Shown here in pieces: positions 40,969 through 54,111 of a DNA stretch of 64,000 nucleotides. The translations under genes were made by a program, and so were the position numbers. The stretch lies in contig NC_086097.1 in assembly GCF_963921235.1 (NCBI RefSeq), positions 69,256,001-69,320,000 on the forward strand, given 5' to 3'. This stretch comes from Mobula hypostoma (lineage: Eukaryota). How positions within the stretch are numbered: the stretch's first letter is position 1; every line of letters begins with the position of its first letter. Under the pieces are notes generated by a model. It saw only the letters and a program-made list of their open reading frames with translations, did not search any database and was not told the origin of the DNA.

Positions 40969-42614
40969 AGAATCAGAATCAGGTTCATTATCACCAGCAT
41001 GTGACGTGAAATTTGTTAACTTAGCAGCAGCAGTTCAATGCAATACATAATCTAGCAGAGAGATAAACAAATAAATAAATAAATAAATAATAAAATTTAA
41101 TTAATAATAATAATAAACAAGCAAATCAATTACGTCTATTGAATAGATTTTTTTAATGTGCAAAAACAGAAATACTGTATATTAAAAAAAAGTGAGGTAG
41201 TGCCCAAAGATTCAATGTCCATTTAGGAATCAGTTGGTAAAGGAGAAGAAGTTGTTCCTGAATCATTGAGTGTGTGCCTTCAGGCTTCTGTACCTCCTAC
41301 CTGATGGTAACAGTGAGAAAAGGTCACGCCCTGGGTGCAAGAAGTCCTTAATAATGGACGCTGCCTTTCTGAGACACTGCTCCCTAAAGATGTCCTGGGT
41401 ACTTTGTAGGCTAGTACCCAAGATGGAGCTGACTAGATTTACAACCTTCTGCAGCTTCTTTCGGTCCTGTGCAGTAGTCCCTCCATACCAGACAGTAATG
41501 CAGCCTGTCAGAATGCTCTCCACGGTACAACTATGCAAGTTTTTGAGTGTATTTGTTGACATGCCAAATCTCTTCTAATAAGGTATAGCCGCTGTCTTGC
41601 CTTCTTTATGACTACATCGACATGTTGGGATCAGGTTCCTGACACCCAGGAACTTGAAGCCGCTCACTCTCTCCACTTCTGATCCCTCTATGAGGATTGG
41701 TATGTGTTCCTTCATTTTACCCTTCCTGAAGTCCACAATCAGCTCTTTCATCTTACTGACGTCGAGTGCCAGGTTGTTGCTGCGGCACCACTCCACTAGT
41801 TGGCATATCTCACTCCTGTATGCCCTCTTGTCACCACCGGAGATTCAACCAACAATGGTTGTATCGTCAGCAAATTTATAAACGGTATTTTAGCTACGCT
41901 TAGCCACATAGTCATGTGTATATAGAGAATAGAGCAGTGGGCTAAGTACACACCCCTGGGGTGCACCAGTGCTGATCATCAGCGAGGAGGTGATGTTATC
42001 ACCAGTCTGCACAGATTGTGGTCTTCTGGTTACGGTCGAGAATCCAATTGCAGAGGGAGGTAAAGAGGTCCAGGTTCTGCAACTTCTCAATCAGGATTGT
42101 GGCAATGATGGTATTAAATGCCGAGTTATAGTTGATGAACAGCATCCTGACATAGGTGTTGGTATTGTCCAGGTGGTCTAAGGCCATGTGGAGTTCCACT
42201 GAGATTGTGTCAGCTGTTGACCTATTGTGGCGATAGGCAAATTGCAGCGGGTCCAGGTCCTTGCTGAGGCAGGAGTTCAGTCTAGTCATGACCAACCTCT
42301 CAAAGCATTTCATCACTGTCGATGCGAGTGCTACCGGGTGATAGTCATTAAGGCAGCTCACATTATTCTTCTTAGGCACTGGTATGATTGTTGCCTTTTT
42401 GAAGCAAGTGGGAACTTCTGCCCATAGCAGTGAGAGGTTGAAAATGTCCTTGAATACTCCCGCTAGTTGGTTGGCACAGGTTTTCAGAGCTTTACCAGGT
42501 ACTCCATCAGGACCTTCTGCCTTGCAAGGATTCACCCTCTTTAAAGCCAACCTAACATTGGCCTCTGAGACAGAGATCAGAGGGTCATCAGGTGCAGCAG
42601 GGATCTACACAGCT
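40969..42614 (-). mobile_element. Rex1/Babar-type LINE RT part, same family as 5926-8275
   Basis: ORFs 41999-42550, 41890-42090, 41575-41796 and 41263-41562; (CTGATT)n tail. Confidence 0.9.
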
Positions 42615-42937
42615 AAGGATGACAACTTAACATTATTCAGATTCATGCTGATGTGGATTGGAAATGAGCTATAATGGAAATACAAAAACAATCAGGAAAG
42701 CAAAAATGATATGCTTAATTCTCAAGTTCACCCCAAGAAGCCCTGCAGCTCAAGTATAAAGGCAATTTTGTTAAGATAATCGAATTGATTTTTTAAGCAC
42801 AATATATTTTAATACCATAACAAAACAGCCCAATGTCAGTTTAGTAATGAGAAATTAATAATATTTGGTTCAAAGCTTATTTTTAAATAATGATAGGGCT
42901 TAATTTGATACAAAAGAAGTATATGCTGGGAACACAC

Positions 42938-44750
42938 AAGATTCAAGATTGTTTAATATCATTTCCATTACACAAATGTAATAATCACCATCATCAGGTG
43001 CTGTGCCCAGTTTGAGCTTTGACTGCCATGGCCCTCACACTCCTGTTTCAGGTCAAGTGGATCAATTCATTGGTATTCATTTCCAGTTCTCTGGCTGTTG
43101 TCTCCATCATCATTTGTCTTTGCCTTCCTCTTGCTTTCTTCCCTTCAATCTTTCCCATAATTACCGTGCATTCTAACTCCTCTTTCCTAATCACATGTCC
43201 AAAGAAGTTACGTCGCCTTTTCATGATCTCATACATTATTTCTCTTTTTGTGTTTGCTCTGTTCATGACATCCTTATTAGATATTCGTTTCATCCATGAT
43301 ATTCTTTGCATCCTCCTCAAAAACCACACCTCTGCTGCTTCAATTCGTTTCCTCATGTTGCTAGATATTGTCCAACATTCTGAGCCATATAACATAACTG
43401 GATAAATGTAACATTTCCGTTTAAAGTGTAAAGGAAAACAAAATAATCTGGATCTGATACAGCATAAAAAGAAATACAATAAGATAACATAATGAATATA
43501 AATACACAAGATAGCTTACGTAAGTTCATAAAGTGAGAATAGGCACAGGAGTGTCTGTACTTAGAGTGACTGACAGGAAATGATAAAGTTGTATTGGTGG
43601 GGGTGTAGAGGGGTAAGTTAATGGGTGGAAGTGTTGACCAGGGAAGTAACTGTTTTTGAGTCTGTTGGTCCTAGCATGAATGCTAAGTGGGTGAGATCCT
43701 TCACTATATTACTAGCCTTTTTCCTGCACCTTTCTGTACATATGTCCTTGATGGCTGGTGCCAGTGATGCGTTGGGCAGCTTTGACTACCTATTGTAGAG
43801 CCTTCCTGTCCACCACAGAGCAGTCTCTGTACCATGTAGCATGTTAGGATGCTTTCTACTGTGCATTTGTAGAAGGATGTACATAGACCAGCTCTCTTCA
43901 GCCTCCTCAGAAAGAAGAGGCATTGGTGACCTTTCCTGATTGTGTAGGATGTGTTCTGGGGCCTTGGAGAGGTTGTGCAAGATGTGCACTCCCAGGAATT
44001 TGAAACTGCTCACCGTGCCATCGATATAAAGAGGGGTGTGAGTCGTGCAGGTTTTCCTGAAGTCGATAACCATCTACTTTGTCTTGTTGACACTGAGGAA
44101 GAGGTTATTTGCCTGGCACCAGTCTTTGAGCACTTCTGCCTCCCCTCTTTAGGCCATCTCATCGTAGTTGGTGATGAACCCCACCACTATCTTGTTATCG
44201 GCAAATTTGACAAGGTGATTACTTGAGTGTTTGGCCGTGCAGACATGTGTGAGCAGAGTGTACAGCAGTGGGCTCAGCACACAGACCTGGGGGGCACTGG
44301 TGTCGAGGATGATGGGGAGGGAGGGGCACTTGTGCATCTGGACTATTTGAGGTCTGTTGGTTAGGAAATCCAACACACAATTGCACAGTAGTGTATTTAG
44401 ACCAAGGAATAGGAATTTGTTCACTGAAGTCTGTGGGACAATCATGTTGAATGTCAAACTGAGTTCCAGAAACAGCATTCTGAAATAAGTGTCCTTGTTT
44501 TCCTGGTGTGCGTTACAGATGCCATGGCATTTGTTGTAGAGTGGATCGGTCAGTAAGCAAATTAATGAGTGTCCACTGTGGCAAGAGTGGAGTTTTTGAC
44601 ATTAGCCATTACCAGCCATTTCAAGCACTTTATGATGACTGGTATCGGTGCCACCAGGTGGTAGTCGTTTAGTTCTGAAGATGTAGGGTTCTTTGGTAAA
44701 GGGATGATGGTGCCTGATTTGAAGCATGTAAGGGCAGCTGCCTGGATGAG
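42938..44750 (-). mobile_element. Older Rex-type LINE, interrupted by an RTE fragment
   Basis: ORF 44149-44478 ([12 protein letters not shown]...KFADN) and 43786-44073 (SFKFLGV); (ATCTTGA)n tail at 42938-42951. Confidence 0.8.
42982..43420 (-). mobile_element. RTE-clade LINE 3' fragment
   Basis: ORF 43048-43509: YPVMLYGSECWT...FLRRMQRISW...FFGHVIR...GKIEGKKARGRQR; (TGA)n-like tail. Confidence 0.88.
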
Positions 44751-44880
44751 TACAGCAGGTCAGGCAGCATCTATGAAGACCGAAAGTGAGTCATTGTTTC
44801 AGATTAATGACCCTTCATCAGAAGTGGAGAAATGACAAAAGAATTGTGTGTTTGCAGAAGTAGAAGGGGCAGAGGGAACA
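44750..44880 (-). mobile_element. Old Penelope-like terminal fragment with eroded hammerhead core
   Basis: Minus strand reads CTGATGAAGGGTCATTAATCTGAAACAATGACTC...ATAGATGCTGCCTGACCTGCTG. Confidence 0.6.
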
Positions 44881-46200
44881 AAAGAAATATTTGTGATAAG
44901 GTGGAGACTAAGCTAATCCATGTGATTATTCTCCTGCATTAGCATTTTGGTCTGAAACATTAACAAATTCTTTTCCTCATCCATATCCTGCTCAATTCAT
45001 CAAATTCTTCAGCAGACCATTTGTTTTCCCTCAGTCATGTCTTGTCAACGAGGGCAGGTAGGAAGAAGGAAAATAAAGAACGTGTTGGGAACTGGGAGGT
45101 GTAGAATGCCGCAGCATTGGAAATCTGAAACAAAAGATATAAAGCTGGAAATACCCATTAGGTGAGGCAGTGTCAGTGGAGAGAAAAACACTGAATTGAT
45201 AATCCTGTCACAGAACTGGTCATTTATGATGCAAACAGGAATGATTAGTCACCTGACAATTCAATATGAGTCCCAAGCATGCAACATACATTGGGGAGTA
45301 CAAGGAAAGTCACGAACTAAGGTTTAAACTTTCATAAACTGAAGAGGCAGGAACTAAAATTAATGGCAATGCATTGGGTAGAACAATTGATGAGTAAGAC
45401 ACAAAAAAGCATTCAGAAGTATTCAAAGACATTTTTGGAACATTGCAAAAACCAATAAATACCCCAGCAAGGAAATGGTCAATTTTCTACAGTTGAGCAA
45501 CCAAGGACAACAAATGGCCTGAGAGGTTTCAAAGTGAAAAGAACACAATGTAGAGAAAATGTAAATCCAGCAGATTGAAAGAATTACGAAAAGTAACAAA
45601 GAGAAATTAGTGGACATATACAGAGGTAACCTGAAGTAAAATTTAGAGTTTCTGTATCCAGAACATCAAGATTTCTTAAAAAACTTGTGCACAGGCACAG
45701 GATTAAACAAAAAACACTATGGATTGCTGACATTCTGAAATTTTAAAAGCATGCATGTGGAATGTCAGTTGCATAGAATGTTGGTCAAATTCCATTTAGG
45801 ATACTATAGTACTTTCAACATTGCACTTCTGATTTCAGAAATAAAACATCAGAATCCTTTCAAAATGTAAAGTGTTATTATTATAAATTACACAAGTTTG
45901 CTATCTATCTCTTTTTGCTCTGAAATTTGATGAATGATTTAATTAAGGTTTAAAAAAAGAAAGTATCTCAATAGTGTCTCAAATACAAAGTATCTCAGGG
46001 AAACTATTCAATTTGGTCAGAGAATGTCCGGTAAAGGCATATAATCTTGTAATTTGAGAGGGAGGCTATTTGGATTTGAAACTAGGAATCAAACTTTTCT
46101 ACTCATTGTTATAGAAATTTCAAAACAATGCAACCATTGTAAATGGTGTGTGGAGTCAACAGAAAAACCTCTAGAAAAGTTAACAGATTTCTGTTAGTTA

Positions 46201-47794
46201 CAGTGCCAATAAAAAGTATTCACCCCCCACCCCCAGAAGTTTACATGTTTTATTGTTTTACAACATTGAATCACAGTGGAGTTAGTTTGCTTTTTTTGAC
46301 ACTGATCAAGAAAATAGACTCTTTTGTGTCATAGTTAAAACAAATCTCTGCAAAATGATCTAAATTAATTACAAATATAAAACACAAAATAACTGATTGC
46401 ACAAGTATTCACCCCCTTTAATATCACACCAAATCATCACTGATGCAGCAAATTGGTTTTAGAAGTTACATTAGTTAAATAGAGATCCCCTGTGTGCAGT
46501 CAAGGTGTTTCAATTGTTTGTGTAAAAATACACCTGTATCTGGAATGTCCAACTGCTGGTGAGTCAGTATCCTGGCAAAAACAACACCATAAAGACAAAA
46601 GAACACTCCAAGGAACTTCATGAAAGGTTATTGAAAAGCACAAGTCAGGAGATGGAGACCAGAAAATTTTCCAAATCACAATATCCCTTGGAGTACAGTT
46701 AAGTCAATCATCAAGAAATGGAAAGAATATGGCACAGCTGTAAATCTGCCTCGAGCAGGCAGTCCTCAAAAACTGAGTGACTGTGCAAGAAGGGGTCTAA
46801 TGAGAAAGGCCACCAAGAGACCCATGACAACTCCGGAGGAGTTACAAATTTCAGTGGTTGAGATGGCAGACTGCGCATACGACAACTGTTGCCTAGGCAC
46901 TTCACCAGTTGCAGCTTTATGGGAGAATGTCAGAGAGAAAGCCACTGTTGAAAAAAAACTCATGTGAAATCTCAGCTAGAGTTTGCCAGACAACATGTGG
47001 GTGACTCTGAAGTCTGATGAAATCAAAATTGAGCTTTTTGGCTATTGAGCTAAAGACTATGTTTGACATAAGCCAAACACCACCAATCATCAAAAACACA
47101 CCATCCCTACCGTGAAAATGGTGGTGGCCGCATCATACCGTGGGGATGCTTCACTGCAGCTGGCTCTGGAAGGTTTGTGAAGGTAGAGGGTAAAATGAAT
47201 GCAGCAAAATACAGGGAAATCGTGGAGGAAAACCTGATGCAGTCTGCAAGAGAACAGTGACCTGGGAGAAGATTTGTTTGTCACCAAGACAATGAGCCTA
47301 AGCATAAAGCCAAACCTACACAGAAATGGCTTAAAACAATGACTTGGAGTGGCCCAGTCGGAGTCCAGACCGCAATCCAATTGAGAATTTGTGGTTGAAT
47401 TTGAAATGGGCTGTTCGCGCAGGATCCTTATGCAATCTGTCAGAGCTTGAGCAGTTTTGTAAAGAAGAATGGGGAAAAATTGCAGTGTCCAGATGTGCAA
47501 AAAGCTGATAGAGACCTATCCACACAGACTCAAGGCTGTAATTGCTGCCAAAGTTTCATCTACTAAATACTGACTTGGAGGAGGTGAATACTTTTGTAAT
47601 CAATTATTTTATGTTTTATATTTGCAATTAATTTGGATCACTTTGTAGAGATCTGTTTTCACTTTGACACGAAGGAGTCTTTTTTTTTCGCTGTTCAGTG
47701 TCAAACAAGCCAGATTAAATCTACTATGATTCAATGTTGTAAAACAATAAAATCTGAAAACTTCCAAGGGGGTGAATACTTTTTATAGGCACTG
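46201..47794 (+). mobile_element. Full-length decayed Tc1-family DNA transposon (IR/DR type)
   Basis: TA|CAGTGCCAATAAAAAGTATTCACCCC ... GGGGTGAATACTTTTTATAGGCACTG; inverted repeats of about 200 bp with an inner direct repeat AAGTATTCACCCC near 46403; 1594 bp. Confidence 0.95.
46589..47574 (+). pseudogene. Tc1 transposase pseudogene
   Basis: (M)KTKEHSK start with ATG>ATA; SDEIKIE, QDNEPKH and SPDRNPIENLW DDE motifs; multiple frameshifts and stops. Confidence 0.9.
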
Positions 47795-47952
47795 AAAGAG
47801 CCTGGAGAAATATAAAACACAGATATGTAAATAGTATCAAGATGTAAATCAGCCAGAACATTGAAGCAGGCTTAAAGGGGGGAATGGTGGATTCTTCAAA
47901 TATGAGTCCAGACAAGAGTCAAGTTTTGATGTGTTTTCATTGATTTTCTTAA

Positions 47953-48185
47953 AGATACAGCAGAGTAACTGGCCTTGCTGGTCCCTGAATACAGGGTGCC
48001 CAATTACCCCCATGCAACCAATTCATCTACTAACCCGTATGTCTTTGGAATGTGGGGGGAAACCGAAGTACCTGGAGGAAACCCACACAGTCGTGGGGAG
48101 AACATATGAACTCCTTAGACAGTGGTAGGAATTGAACCCAGGTCACTGGCACTGTGATAGCATTAGGATAACCATGATGCTTCTG
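47953..48185 (-). mobile_element. V-SINE/HE1-like SINE
   Basis: Minus strand has B-box GGGTTCAATTCC and V-domain-like GGGTTTCCTCCAGGTACTTCGGTTTCCCCCCACATTCCAAAGAC. Confidence 0.75.
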
Positions 48186-49951
48186 TGAGCCAGTGCTACA
48201 TATATATAGGTAATGAAAACCAAAACATACATTGATTGAACAATTAAGTACTTGATACCACTGTATACAACAGTAATGCTTCCAAATGGAGTGAATGACA
48301 GCATACTTTGTTGCTTGATAAACTTCATTACCTTGTCACATATATCTAGTTGAGTAATATTAAGAGGCACTTTGTTCATATTAGAAACATAGAAACATAG
48401 AAAACCTACAGCACAATACAAGCCCTTTGGCCCACAAAGCTGTGCCGAGCATGTCCTTACCTTACAAATTACCTAGGGTTACCCATAGCCCTCTATTTTT
48501 CTGAGCTCCATGTACCTGTTCAGGAGTCTCTTAAAAGACCCTATTGTATCCGCCTCCACCACCGTCACCGGCAGCCCATTCCACGCACTCACCATTCTCT
48601 GCGTAAAAAACTTACCCCTGACATCTCCTCTGTACCTGCTTCCAAGCATCTTAAAACTGTGCCCTCTCATGCTAGCCATTTCAGCCCTGGGAAAAAGCCT
48701 CTGACTATCCACACAATCAATGCCTCTCATCATCTTATACACCTCTAACAGGTCACCTCTCATCCTCCGTCGCTCCAAGGAAAGAAGGTCGAGTTTACTT
48801 AACCTATTCTCATAAGACATGCTCCCCAATCCAGGCAACATCCTTGTAAATCTCCTTTACACCCTTTCTATGGTTTTCACATCCTTCCTATATTGAGGTG
48901 ACCAGAAATGAGCACAGTAGTCCAAGTGGGGTCTGACCAGGGTCCGATATAGCTGCAACATTACCTCTCGGCTCCTAAACTCAATCCCACGGTTGATGAA
49001 GGCCAATGCACTGTATGCTTTCTTAACCACAGAGTCAACCTGCACAGCAGCTTTGAGTGTCCTATGGACTCGGACCCTAAGATCCCTCTAATCCTCCACC
49101 CTGCCAAGAGTCTTACCATTAATACTATATTCTGCCATCATATTGACCTACCAAAATGAACCACTTCACACTTATCTGGGTTGAACTCCATTTGCCACTT
49201 CTCAGCCCAGATTTGCATCCTATCAATGTCCCACTGTAACCTCTGACAGCCCTCCACACTATCCACAACACCTCCAACCTTTGTGTCATTAGCATATTTA
49301 CTAACCCATCCCTCCACTTCCTCATCCAGGTCATTTATAAACATCACAAAGAGTTGGGGTACCAGAACAGATCCCTGAGGCACACCACTGGTGACCGTCT
49401 TCCATGCAGAATATGATCCATCTACAACCACTCTTTGCCTTTTGTGGGCAAGTCAGTTTTGGATCCACAAAGCAATGTCCCCATGGATCCCATGCCTCCT
49501 TACTTTCTCAATAAGCCTTGCATGGGGTACTTTGTCAAATGCCTTGCTGAAATCCATATACACTCCATCTACTGCTCTACCTTCATCAATGTGTTTAGTC
49601 ACACCCTCAAAAAATTCTATCAGGCTCATAAGGCACGACCTGCCCTTGACAAAGCCATGCTGACTATTCCTAATCATATTATGCCTCTCCAAATGTTCAT
49701 AAATTCTGCCTTTCAGGATCTTCTCCATCAACTTACCAATCACTGAAGTAAGACTCACTGGTCTATAATTACCTGGGCTATCTCTACTCCCTTTCTCGAA
49801 TAATAGAACAACATCCACAAACCTCCAATCCTCCAGAACCTCTCCCATCCCCATTGATGATGCAAAGATCATCGCTAGAGGCTCAGCAATCTCCTCCCTC
49901 GCCTCCCACAATAGCCTGGGGTACATCTTGTCTGGTCCCGGTGACGTATCC

Positions 49952-51201
49952 CAGGGGCCCCCAACCTTATTTACACTCTGGACCGGTTTAATATTGACAA
50001 TATTCATGCAGACCGGCCAACGGGGCGGGGGGTGCTGTCGGGGAAGGGTGAGTGTTAATCACAACCAGAATATAGGTGATAAGTCACTTATAAGTGGCTA
50101 ATACACTCACTTTCGTTTCTAAAGGGGTTTATCTAACGAATTTAAGATTAAACACTCAGCACATATTTTCCTCACATGAATATAGTGATAAGTCAATTAT
50201 TACAGTGGTCCCAAACCTCTGGGCTGCGGGCCAATACATTGTCGCAAAGAATGCAGTGGCACAGCGGTAGCCAGGACGCACCCAGCACGTCTTTAAGAAA
50301 AAAGCTGAAATAATCAAGCTAATTGATTAGGTGCCGCCTGGCACGTAAATGCCGGCCCAGATCAGAGGCGACGCAATCGGCAATCGCCTCTGATTGGGCG
50401 GCACCTAATTAATTAGCTTGTTTATTTCAGCTTTTTTTTCTTAAAGATGAGCTGGGTGCGTTCCGGCCACCGCCGCACCGCTGCATTCTTCGCAGCCCGG
50501 AGTTTGGGGACAACTGAATTATAAGTCACTTATAAGTCAATAGCATCATAACATTTTAAGTAACATTTGGATATTAAACACACAGTGCATACTTTCCTTG
50601 TATGAACATATAAAATCATTGCAACACACCAATATCGCTGAATCAGTGGGAGCCCTGGGCTTGTTTTCCTGCAACAAGACGGTCCCATCGAGGGGTGATG
50701 GGAGACAACGATACTCGAAGGGGGTTCCTTGTGTCCAGTCTATTCCACAATTTAGTTTTCATTGCATTCATTGCAGAAAACCCTGCTTCGCAGAGATATG
50801 ATGTTGCAAATGGAAGCAACGTTTTCAGTGCTTTCGTGGCTATCTCAGGATATTCAGCCTTGACTTTGATCCAGAATGCCGGCAGAGATTTTATGTCAAA
50901 CATATTTTTCAGCCCACCGTCATTTGCAAGCTTGAGGAGTTGATTTTTTTTTCCATGCTGACATGGATGTTTCACCGGAAACATTCACAAATAGGTCATG
51001 GACCCATTCCTTTGCACTGATGACCTTGTGTGCATTAAAGTTCAACAGTGGGCGTGACAGGGAATGAGGAAAGGTGCAGCTGACTCACATCGTTTCATAT
51101 CGCCAAATCATATCGTTTACTCGCGGCTCGTGGCCCATGGCCTGGTCACACATGCTTTGCAGCCCGGTTCTGGTCCGCGACCCGGTGGTTGGAGACCGCT
51201 G
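49952..51201 (-). mobile_element. Non-autonomous hAT element (Charlie/Buster type) retaining the transposase C-terminal dimerisation domain
   Basis: TIRs CAGGGGCCCCCAACC / CAGCGGTCTCCAACC; 8-bp TSD ACGTATCC/ACATATCC with central TA; ORF 50643-50984 FWIKVKAEYPEIA...LLPFATSYLCEAGFS. Confidence 0.92.
50203..50516. mobile_element. Fold-back hAT MITE nested in the hAT element
   Basis: TIRs CAGTGGTCCCAAAC / CAGTTGTCCCCAAAC; 8-bp TSD AATTATTA/AATTATAA; long internal inverted repeat. Confidence 0.88.
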
Positions 51202-53440
51202 ACATATCCAAAAGCTCCAGCATATTCTCTTTCTTAATATCTACATGCTAAAGCTTTTCAGTCCGCTGTAAGTCATCCCTACAATTGACAAGATCTTTCA
51301 CCGTAGTGAATACTGAAGCAAAGTACTCATTAAGTACCTCTACTATCTCCTCCAGTTCCATACACACTTTTCCACTGTTACACTTGATTGGTCCTATTCT
51401 CTCACATCTTAACCTCTTGCTCTTCACATACTTGTAGAATGCCTTGGGGTTTTCCTTAATCCTGTCCACCAAGGCCTTCTCATGACCCCTTCTGGCTCTC
51501 CTAATTTCTTTCATAAGCTCCTTCCTACTGGCCTTATAATCTGCTAGATCTCTGCCATTACCTAGTTTTCTGAACCTTTGGTAAGCTTTTCTTTTCTTCT
51601 TGACTAGATTTTCAACAGCCTTTGTACACCACGGTTCCTGTACCCTACCATCCTTACCCTGTCTCACTGGAACGTACCTATGCAGAACTCCACGCAAATA
51701 TCCCCTGAACATTTGTCACACTTCTTCCGTACATTTCCCTAACAACATCTGTTCCCAATTTATGCTTCCAAGTTCCTGCCTGATAGCCTCATATTTCCCC
51801 TTACTCCAATTAAACACTTTCCTTACTTGTCTGTTCCTATCCCTCTCCAATGCTAAGGTAAAGGGGATAGGATTGTGATCACTATCTCCAAATGCTCTCC
51901 CACTTCGAGATCTGATACCTGACCAGGTTCATTTTCCAATACCAGATCGAGTACAGCCTCTCCTCTTGTAGGCTTATCTACATATTGTGTCAAGAAACCT
52001 TCCTGAACATACCTAACAAATTCCACCCCATCTAAACCCCTCACTCTAGGGACATGCCAATCGATATTTGGGAAATTAAAATCTCCCACCACGACAAGCC
52101 TGTTATTATTACACCTTTCCAGAATCTGTCTCCCTATCTGCTAAGTTATTAAACAATTTTGCCAAGTGATTAATTTGTTTTCCTACAACCATATATTTTG
52201 CCCCCTCCCCCCATATTTCCCTGCTCCATTCAACCTAAAAGAGATTTAAAACAGCTGTGGATATGCTAATTCATTGTTCGTACTCAGACAGACAGTATGC
52301 TGATCCTTCAGATTTCCATGCCTCGCCATGAGGAGACACCCTGGCTTTTGACTTATGTTGGAAAGTGAAATTACAAATTGATGAACTATTCTACTCCTAT
52401 GAAGTACACAGTGAATATACCACAAAACCAGGTTTTTTTCACATAAGGCTGTGAACCATGAAAAAAAAATGTTTGAAAGCTGAAGGACTTCTAAAGTTGC
52501 AGCAGGAAATCTAATAAATACTTATCTGTAATCATACTTATAATCATCAGATTCCTATTAATGACATGTGTGAATTGAAATCAAACAAATGCACTTTGGC
52601 TTTAACACCCTAAGTAATGAATCACATTAGGTTCAAAGTTCAGCTGAAACCCATTTTCCCAATGCAATATAAATTTAAAATTTGATGTTCTGCAATTAGC
52701 CTGGCCAAAGGACACCACAATTTACTTTGCTGACTTTTATAGGCTTTCACCTCGAATATTAGTAATTCATCAAATACCTGGCCAATTTTTAAATTCCAAA
52801 TCTAAAAGAAAGTTAAGAAATGCCCATAAGATCCCAGGTTACGGGACATTACCCAAATTACATCTTATCTCCACCACAATCATGTTGTTTTGCAAAACTA
52901 AATCTATACTGTCATGAAGGACTAAAGTACTGGTTGTTCTGTTCCACTGCCAGAATGATGACTCATAGATTGTTTGTCCTCAGTGAAGAAGAGAACTACA
53001 CATTAAAAGATCTTTTTGGAAACCTGCTATTGAACCAGAATCCCCCACTAAATTAAACAGTGCATTACACATCCAAATTGTGTATCTTCTTCAGGTCATT
53101 ACTGGGTTGTATTTGTTCACCAGGCACCCTAACTCTGTACCCTCCGGGCAATAACTGGTTGCCATTGGAAACCTTTTCTCTTTTACCACTCTATATCTGA
53201 TACACAATGATTTTGAACATGTCTGTTAAATCTCTGTTACAGGGAGAACAACCTGAGTATTTTTCAGTTTATCCAAATTATTTACATACAGTTATGTACA
53301 TATTATTTTATCAGGAGCATGTTCTCTCATTTGATAAAATTCAAATGATCTGAATGTAATTAAACTCTGCATTCCTATTTACTAACAGTAAATTTTCATC
53401 TGCCTTAAATTTCTTTATTTTTAAATAGTGAGCTGCAGTT

Positions 53441-53548
53441 CACAAAATGCTGAACTCAGCAAGTCAGGCAGCATCTATGGAGGGGAATAAACAGTTGACA
53501 TTTCCGGCCGAGACCCTTCATCAGGACTGGAAAGGAAGGGGACAGAGG
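53441..53548 (-). mobile_element. Penelope-like terminal fragment
   Basis: Matches 37950-38050: CAGGCAGCATCTATGG...CAGTTGACATTTCCGGCCGAGACCCTTCATCAGGACTGG. Confidence 0.8.
53492..53529 (-). ncRNA. Minimal type I hammerhead ribozyme motif (PLE-associated), slightly decayed
   Basis: Minus strand reads CAGUC-CUGAUGA-AGGG-UCUCGG-CCG-GAAA-UGUC-AACUG: core boxes intact, stem I 4 of 5 bp. Confidence 0.6.
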
Positions 53549-53905
53549 TTCTTTCCCAGGAGGAAATATTCTCTTCACATCTACTGTCAAGACCCTTCAT
53601 ACATTTCACTGAAGTTCCCTCTTACTCTTCGAAACTCCAGTAGATACAAGTCTACCCAGTCCACCCATTCCTCATCAGGCAAGTTGCCAGGAATTGGGTT
53701 GGTAAATCTAGTTAGAAATGCTTTCAGCACATGCACATATTTCCTTTGATCTAGAGGCCAATAATGTACACAGAACTCCTCGATAATCTTTGATGTGACA
53801 TTTATCTATTTCTTCTGTAAATCTAAGTACAAGACATCCCCATTTTCCTTTTTTTCACTGCACTTAACTCTCCAAGGAACAAAAATAGATCAATCAAATA
53901 TGAAT

Positions 53906-53983
53906 ATGAGGAAATCTGCATACCTCTTCCTAGAGATGCTGACTGGCCTGCTGCGTTCATCAGCAACTTTTATGTGTCTTGCT
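53906..53983. mobile_element. Centre-deleted copy of the palindromic Penelope mini-element
   Basis: Left terminus GAGGAAATCTGCA is joined directly to right-arm TACCTCTTCCTAGAGATGCTG; 16-bp TSD at 53890-53905 and 53984-53999 (2 mismatches). Confidence 0.7.
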
Positions 53984-54111
53984 TCAATCAATTATTAATT
54001 CTCTTTCACAAAAACATCAAAAATAAATTTTGGTTTTATTTATGGCTTGCATAAACCTTGCTAAAAATTGCAGACCATTATACATACACAGTTGGAAAAT
54101 ACGTGGGCAGA

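Larger units (their letters stand above)
48382..52142 (-). mobile_element. CR1 LINE (third family), interrupted by a hAT element
   Basis: ORFs 51853-52092 (VGDFNFP), 51248-51712, 49453-50007, 49138-49431 (YAND) and 48479-48841; (TATGTTTC)n tail. Confidence 0.92.

Noticed and set aside
50643..50984. Similarity to domesticated ZBED5/SCAND3-type genes
   Set aside because: Only a C-terminal fragment, lying between TIRs and a TSD; it is a transposon relic.
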